A stretch of 64,000 nucleotides of DNA from NCBI GenBank assembly GCA_964400625.1, contig CAYNUS010000001.1:116606-180605 (forward strand), written 5' to 3'. The DNA is from an uncultured Gammaproteobacteria bacterium. GTDB lineage: Bacteria; Patescibacteriota; Patescibacteriia; SG8-24; DYFX01. The notes beneath the pieces were generated by a model. It was not told the DNA's origin. It made no database searches and was given only the letters and a program-made list of their open reading frames with translations. Shown here in pieces: positions 60,706 through 64,000 of the stretch (within the stretch, counting starts at the first letter, position 1; the number at the start of each line of letters is the position of its first letter). The position numbers were made by a program, and so were the translations under genes.

Positions 60706-60778
60706 AGGCTTGCACCTTAGCGAAGAACGGCCTTCTTTGCTATACTAGGCCTGAAATCATCCATTCATCCACACGCCT

Positions 60779-61867
60779 ATGGCCCGCGCACGACACCACG
60801 AAGCGCCGATGGCTGAAGCGCCGAACGAAAGCCGCAAATTCGACGTTTCCGACCTTGAAACCACCGCCGCCGAGACCCCGAAAGCCAGGAAGAAGCGCGC
60901 CGAGGCGAAACATGAACCCTTGAAGATCGCCAAGCCCGTCTCGACGGAAGATTCGCTCCCTGGCGTCCACGAGAAGAAGACGCGCAAGCGCACCGGCAAG
61001 AGATCCGCCGATCTCGAGGCGCCGTCCGGAAAGTCGGAGGTCCAGGAAGCGCTCGACATGGTCCGCGAGACGGCCGAGGAGAGCGAGTGGGACGCGAAGA
61101 TCGCCAAGGCCAAGGCCGCCCTCGAGGCGCCCGTGGAAGTCGCGGACGAGGACGTGATCTCCGCCGAGGAGGAACCGTACGCCGAGATCAGCATCGAGCA
61201 CGCGAAAGACGACGACAAGGAGCTGAGCGAGGACGAGCGCGCGCTCGCCGCCTACCGCGAGGCGCATCCGGTCCTGACCGATGCCGAAGGCTACCGCAAG
61301 CTCGGGCTGAAACAGCAGGCCGACGAGGCGCTCTCGAAGGGCTACGAGGCGCGGAAGAAGCGCGAGGCCAAGGAGGCCGCCGCGAAGGAGCCCCTCGCGC
61401 CGTCCGGATTCACCGAGAAGGAAGAGGCCTGGTTCAAGCAGGGCGAAGAGGACGACGCCAAGCGGATGGCCGAGGCCCGCGCCACGATCGAACGCGGCGG
61501 CAAGGCCGAATCCCTGGTGGAGACGCCCGACGAGGTCGACGCCAACGTGCGCCAGGCCGAAGCGATGATCGCCAAGGGCGAGCTGAACCCGAAGATGTTC
61601 GACGTCAACGACTTCCGCTACCTGCTGATCGAGAAGACGCGCCTCGACCGCGAACTCGAGCACGCCGGCTGGTGGGCCGCCCGCAAGCTCCGCGCCGAAC
61701 TGCGCGAGACGCAGAAGAGCCTTTCCGACTACGAGAAGCAGATCGGCAACGTCCACCGCGAACGCCACGACGAGCGCCAGGACGCCGCCTACGCCGCGCT
61801 CAAGCCCGGACAGAAGAAGGCCGCCGACCGGAAGAGCTCCCTCTGGAGCCGCATCCTCGGCCGCTGA
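60779..61867 (+). CDS. Hypothetical highly charged (E/K/A-rich) protein
   Basis: Extended -10 TGcTATACT at 60743-60751; coding-like but low complexity. Confidence 0.5.
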   Translation: MARARHHEAPMAEAPNESRKFDVSDLETTAAETPKARKKRAEAKHEPLKIAKPVSTEDSLPGVHEKKTRKRTGKRSADLEAPSGKSEVQEALDMVRETAEESEWDAKIAKAKAALEAPVEVADEDVISAEEEPYAEISIEHAKDDDKELSEDERALAAYREAHPVLTDAEGYRKLGLKQQADEALSKGYEARKKREAKEAAAKEPLAPSGFTEKEEAWFKQGEEDDAKRMAEARATIERGGKAESLVETPDEVDANVRQAEAMIAKGELNPKMFDVNDFRYLLIEKTRLDRELEHAGWWAARKLRAELRETQKSLSDYEKQIGNVHRERHDERQDAAYAALKPGQKKAADRKSSLWSRILGR

Positions 61868-61874
61868 TCCGGAA

Positions 61875-61905
61875 CGAAAAACCCCGCCGATGAGGCGGGG
61901 TTTCG
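61875..61905. terminator. Bidirectional terminator between the 60779 gene and thrS
   Basis: AACCCCGCC-gatg-AGGCGGGGTTT. Confidence 0.6.
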
Positions 61906-61908
61906 GTT

Positions 61909-63744
61909 TCAGGGCTTGAGCGCGCGCGTCACGGTCTCCTCCGCGATCCGCGCCAGGAGGTCGCCGAGCGTCATCTCGACGGCGTCCTTCGTGCCGCGGA
62001 CGCGCACGGCGAGCTTCACGCCGTCGTGCCACTCCCCGCTCTCAGGGATCTCCTTGTCGCCGAGCACGAGGCCGTAGGGCACGCGCATCTTCTCGGCGCC
62101 GCGGACCTTCTTGCCGACGGATTCGTCGGAGGCGTCGAGCCAGGCGCGCAGGCCGCGCGCGGCGAAGAGGTCGCGGAGCTTGGCCGCGGGCTCGAGGTGG
62201 CGTTCGGCCACCGGCAGGAGCGCCAGCTGTTCGGGCGCGAGCCAGGTCGGGAAGAAGCCGGCGGTATGCTCGATCATCACGCTCATGAAGCGTTCGATGG
62301 CGCCCATGATGGCGCAGTGGATCATGAGGACCTGCTCCTTCTCGCCCTTCTCGTTGGTGAAGGCCAGGCCGAAGCTGCGCGGCTGGTTGAAGTCGAGCTG
62401 GATCGTGGCCACCTGCCAGGTGCGGCCGATGGAGTCCTTGGCCATGAAGTCGATCTTCGGGCCGTAGAAGGCCGCTTCGCCGGGGCCGTCCGTCCAGGCG
62501 GAACCGACGCGCGCCTCGACGATCTCGCGGAGCGAGGCTTCCGCCTTCTCCCAATCCTCCGGCGCGCCGAGGTACTTCTCCGGCTGGGCGGGATCGCGGC
62601 GCGAAAGGCGCACCGAGAGCTCGAAGCCGAAGGTGCCGTAGAACTTCGAGATGATGTCCCAGATCTTCTCCGCCTCCTCGCGGACCTGGTCGATGCGGCA
62701 GAAGACGTGCGCGTCGTCCTGGGTGATGGAGAGGACGCGCGAGAGACCGGAAAGCTCGCCGGTCTGCTCGTCGCGATAGACCATCGTGGTCTCGCAGTAC
62801 CGCACCGGCATCTGGCGGTAGCTCTTCGGCTCGGACGCGAAGATCTGCGTGTGGTGCGGGCAGTTCATCGGCTTCATCGCGAAGAGGTGCTTGTCGCGCG
62901 TCTCGATCTTGAAGAGGTCCTCGGCGTATTTCGCCCAGTGGCCGGAGGTCTCGTAGAGGTCCTTCTTCGTGATGTGCGGGATGGCGACCTTCTGGTAGCC
63001 GTGGACCTTGCGGAGCTCCCAGACGTAGTCGTTCAGCAGTTCCCGGAGCATCGTGCCGCGCGGGGTCCAGAGCGGCAGGCCGGGACCGACGAGGTCGGAG
63101 AACGTGAAGAGGCCCTGCTCCTTGCCGATCTTGCGGTGGTCGCGCTTCTCGGCCTCCTCGAGCATCTTGAGATGCGCGTCGAGCTCCTCCTGCGTGGCGA
63201 ATGCCCAGCCGTAGACGCGCTGGAGCTGGGCGTTCTCCGCCTTGCCGCGCCAGAACGCGCCGGAGACGCTCTTCAGCTTGATGGCGCCGACCTGTCCGGA
63301 GCGCTCGACGTGCGGGCCGCGGCAGAGGTCGACGAAGTCCCCCGTCCAGTAGAGCGACGCCGTCGCGGCGTCGCCGAGATCCTGCGCCTCCTCGTCCTTC
63401 AGGTTGGTGGTGCCGTGCTTCTTGAGGTCGGTCAGCAGGTCCACCTTGAAGTCCTGCCCGCGCTCCTTGAAGAACGCGATGGCGTCGTCGAGCGGCATCT
63501 CCTCGCGGCGGAAGTCGAGGTTCTCGGCCTTGAGGGCCGCGATGGTCTTCTCGAGCGCCTTGAAATCGTCCGTGGTGAGCGGGCGCGGGAGCTGCATGTC
63601 GTAATAGAAGCCGTTCTCGATGACGGGACCGACGCCGAGCTTGGCGTCCGGGAACATCCTCATGATCGCGGCAGCCAGGAGGTGCGCGGACGAGTGCCGC
63701 ATCCGGTCCAATTCGTCGTAGTCGGCCGGTTTTTTCGCTGCCAT
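61909..63744 (-). CDS. thrS: Threonyl-tRNA synthetase (lacks an N-terminal TGS domain)
   Basis: Editing-domain HSSAHLL, class II motifs, C-terminal anticodon-binding domain. Confidence 0.92.
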   Translation of the reverse strand: MAAKKPADYDELDRMRHSSAHLLAAAIMRMFPDAKLGVGPVIENGFYYDMQLPRPLTTDDFKALEKTIAALKAENLDFRREEMPLDDAIAFFKERGQDFKVDLLTDLKKHGTTNLKDEEAQDLGDAATASLYWTGDFVDLCRGPHVERSGQVGAIKLKSVSGAFWRGKAENAQLQRVYGWAFATQEELDAHLKMLEEAEKRDHRKIGKEQGLFTFSDLVGPGLPLWTPRGTMLRELLNDYVWELRKVHGYQKVAIPHITKKDLYETSGHWAKYAEDLFKIETRDKHLFAMKPMNCPHHTQIFASEPKSYRQMPVRYCETTMVYRDEQTGELSGLSRVLSITQDDAHVFCRIDQVREEAEKIWDIISKFYGTFGFELSVRLSRRDPAQPEKYLGAPEDWEKAEASLREIVEARVGSAWTDGPGEAAFYGPKIDFMAKDSIGRTWQVATIQLDFNQPRSFGLAFTNEKGEKEQVLMIHCAIMGAIERFMSVMIEHTAGFFPTWLAPEQLALLPVAERHLEPAAKLRDLFAARGLRAWLDASDESVGKKVRGAEKMRVPYGLVLGDKEIPESGEWHDGVKLAVRVRGTKDAVEMTLGDLLARIAEETVTRALKP

Positions 63745-63794
63745 AGCAGGCGTTTCAGGATACGATTACCGGTTTACCTTAGCATAAGGGGCCG

Positions 63795-63835
63795 AAAACC
63801 GAAAAGCCCCGCTTTCGCGGGGCTTCTGCCTACTT
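63795..63835 (-). terminator. Terminator after the partial 3-prime gene
   Basis: AGCCCCGC-gaaa-GCGGGGCT followed by TTTCGGTTTTCGG on the minus strand. Confidence 0.6.
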
Positions 63836-63837
63836 TT

Positions 63838-64000
63838 CGATCTTGAACTCGATATGGTCGGCCAGGTCCGGCATGCGCTTGATCCAGAAGGGCCGGAACT
63901 TCACGTCGACCTTCTCGACCCCCTCGATGCCGGCGAAGTATTCGCCGACCGCGTCGAGGTCCAAGCCGCGGAGCTTGGTGGCGTCGAAGAGCGGGCTCTC
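63838..64000 (-). CDS. Partial CDS (C-terminal 53 aa only), unknown product
   Basis: Manual translation ...ESPLFDATKLRGLDLDAVGEYFAGIEGVEKVDVKFRPFWIKRMPDLADHIEFKIEK*. Confidence 0.4.

Overview
This 64-kb window is about 68-70% GC, compact, almost entirely coding, and reads like a housekeeping chromosomal segment. I found no CRISPR array, Cas genes, transposase, integrase, reverse transcriptase, rRNA or tRNA. About 75 CDS were resolved from the six-frame track. Many long ORFs in that track are antisense artefacts (R/G/A/P-rich), or carry spurious N-terminal extensions that I trimmed to recognisable starts.

Gene content, in order:
- 1-3,533: a nucleotide-phosphohydrolase cluster (partial HTH/phosphoesterase-like protein, CYTH, DHH).
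- 3,551-17,675: a long minus-strand array with a UvrD-family helicase, four uncharacterised small genes, CNNM/CorC, DUF2207, MltG, GDP-mannose pyrophosphorylase, UppP plus PAP2, a ZIP transporter, a 530-aa type-IV-pilin-like protein, Nth and MutM.
- 17,708-22,111: QueA, three tandem paralogous small acidic proteins, Tgt and NUDIX.
- 22,580-23,526: ArfB and a horizontally acquired low-GC PD-(D/E)xK nuclease gene.
- 23,538-33,893: lower glycolysis (two divergent iPGM copies, enolase, PGK, GAPDH) with a SIMPL protein, NDH-2 and a metallophosphoesterase.
- 34,571-35,943: two tandem mini-metzincin lipoproteins.
- 36,021-42,151: tsf-rpsB, L31, RF1, a nucleotidyltransferase, PrmC and L25.
- 43,559-52,136: RodA/FtsW, GyrB, SecE-NusG, and L11 and L1 split by a membrane-protein gene.
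- 53,145-57,224: a pyrimidine dNTP cluster (dCMP deaminase, P-loop NMP-kinase-like, dUTPase, long ThyX, Tmk).
- 57,293-64,000: GatB, a DUF5679-type zinc-ribbon miniprotein, MiaA and ThrS.

Sigma70-like promoters and rho-independent terminators are recognisable in most intergenic gaps, and several promoters sit 8-11 nt from the start codon (leaderless mRNAs).

Most unusual observations:
1. A ~46% GC island at 23,005-23,526 encodes an Hjc/YraN-like PD-(D/E)xK nuclease wedged with 11-bp gaps between gpmI and arfB.
2. Three tandem paralogs at 18,794-20,469 each have their own terminator-promoter cassette.
3. A promoter-plus-terminator-bounded ~225-nt non-coding unit abuts the prmC start (40,289-40,574).
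4. The rplK-rplA pair is split by a membrane-protein gene with a perfect 16-bp palindrome, and L1 ends in a terminator with no rplJ-rplL-rpoBC.
5. Structured intergenic elements lie at 39,501-39,596 and 59,351-59,520.

The lineage is unknown. Gene repertoire (DUF5679, large pilin-like protein, scrambled ribosomal operons, compactness) suggests a Patescibacteria/CPR-like organism, but that is inference only. I cannot show any single complete novel multi-gene system; the strongest candidates are listed as findings.
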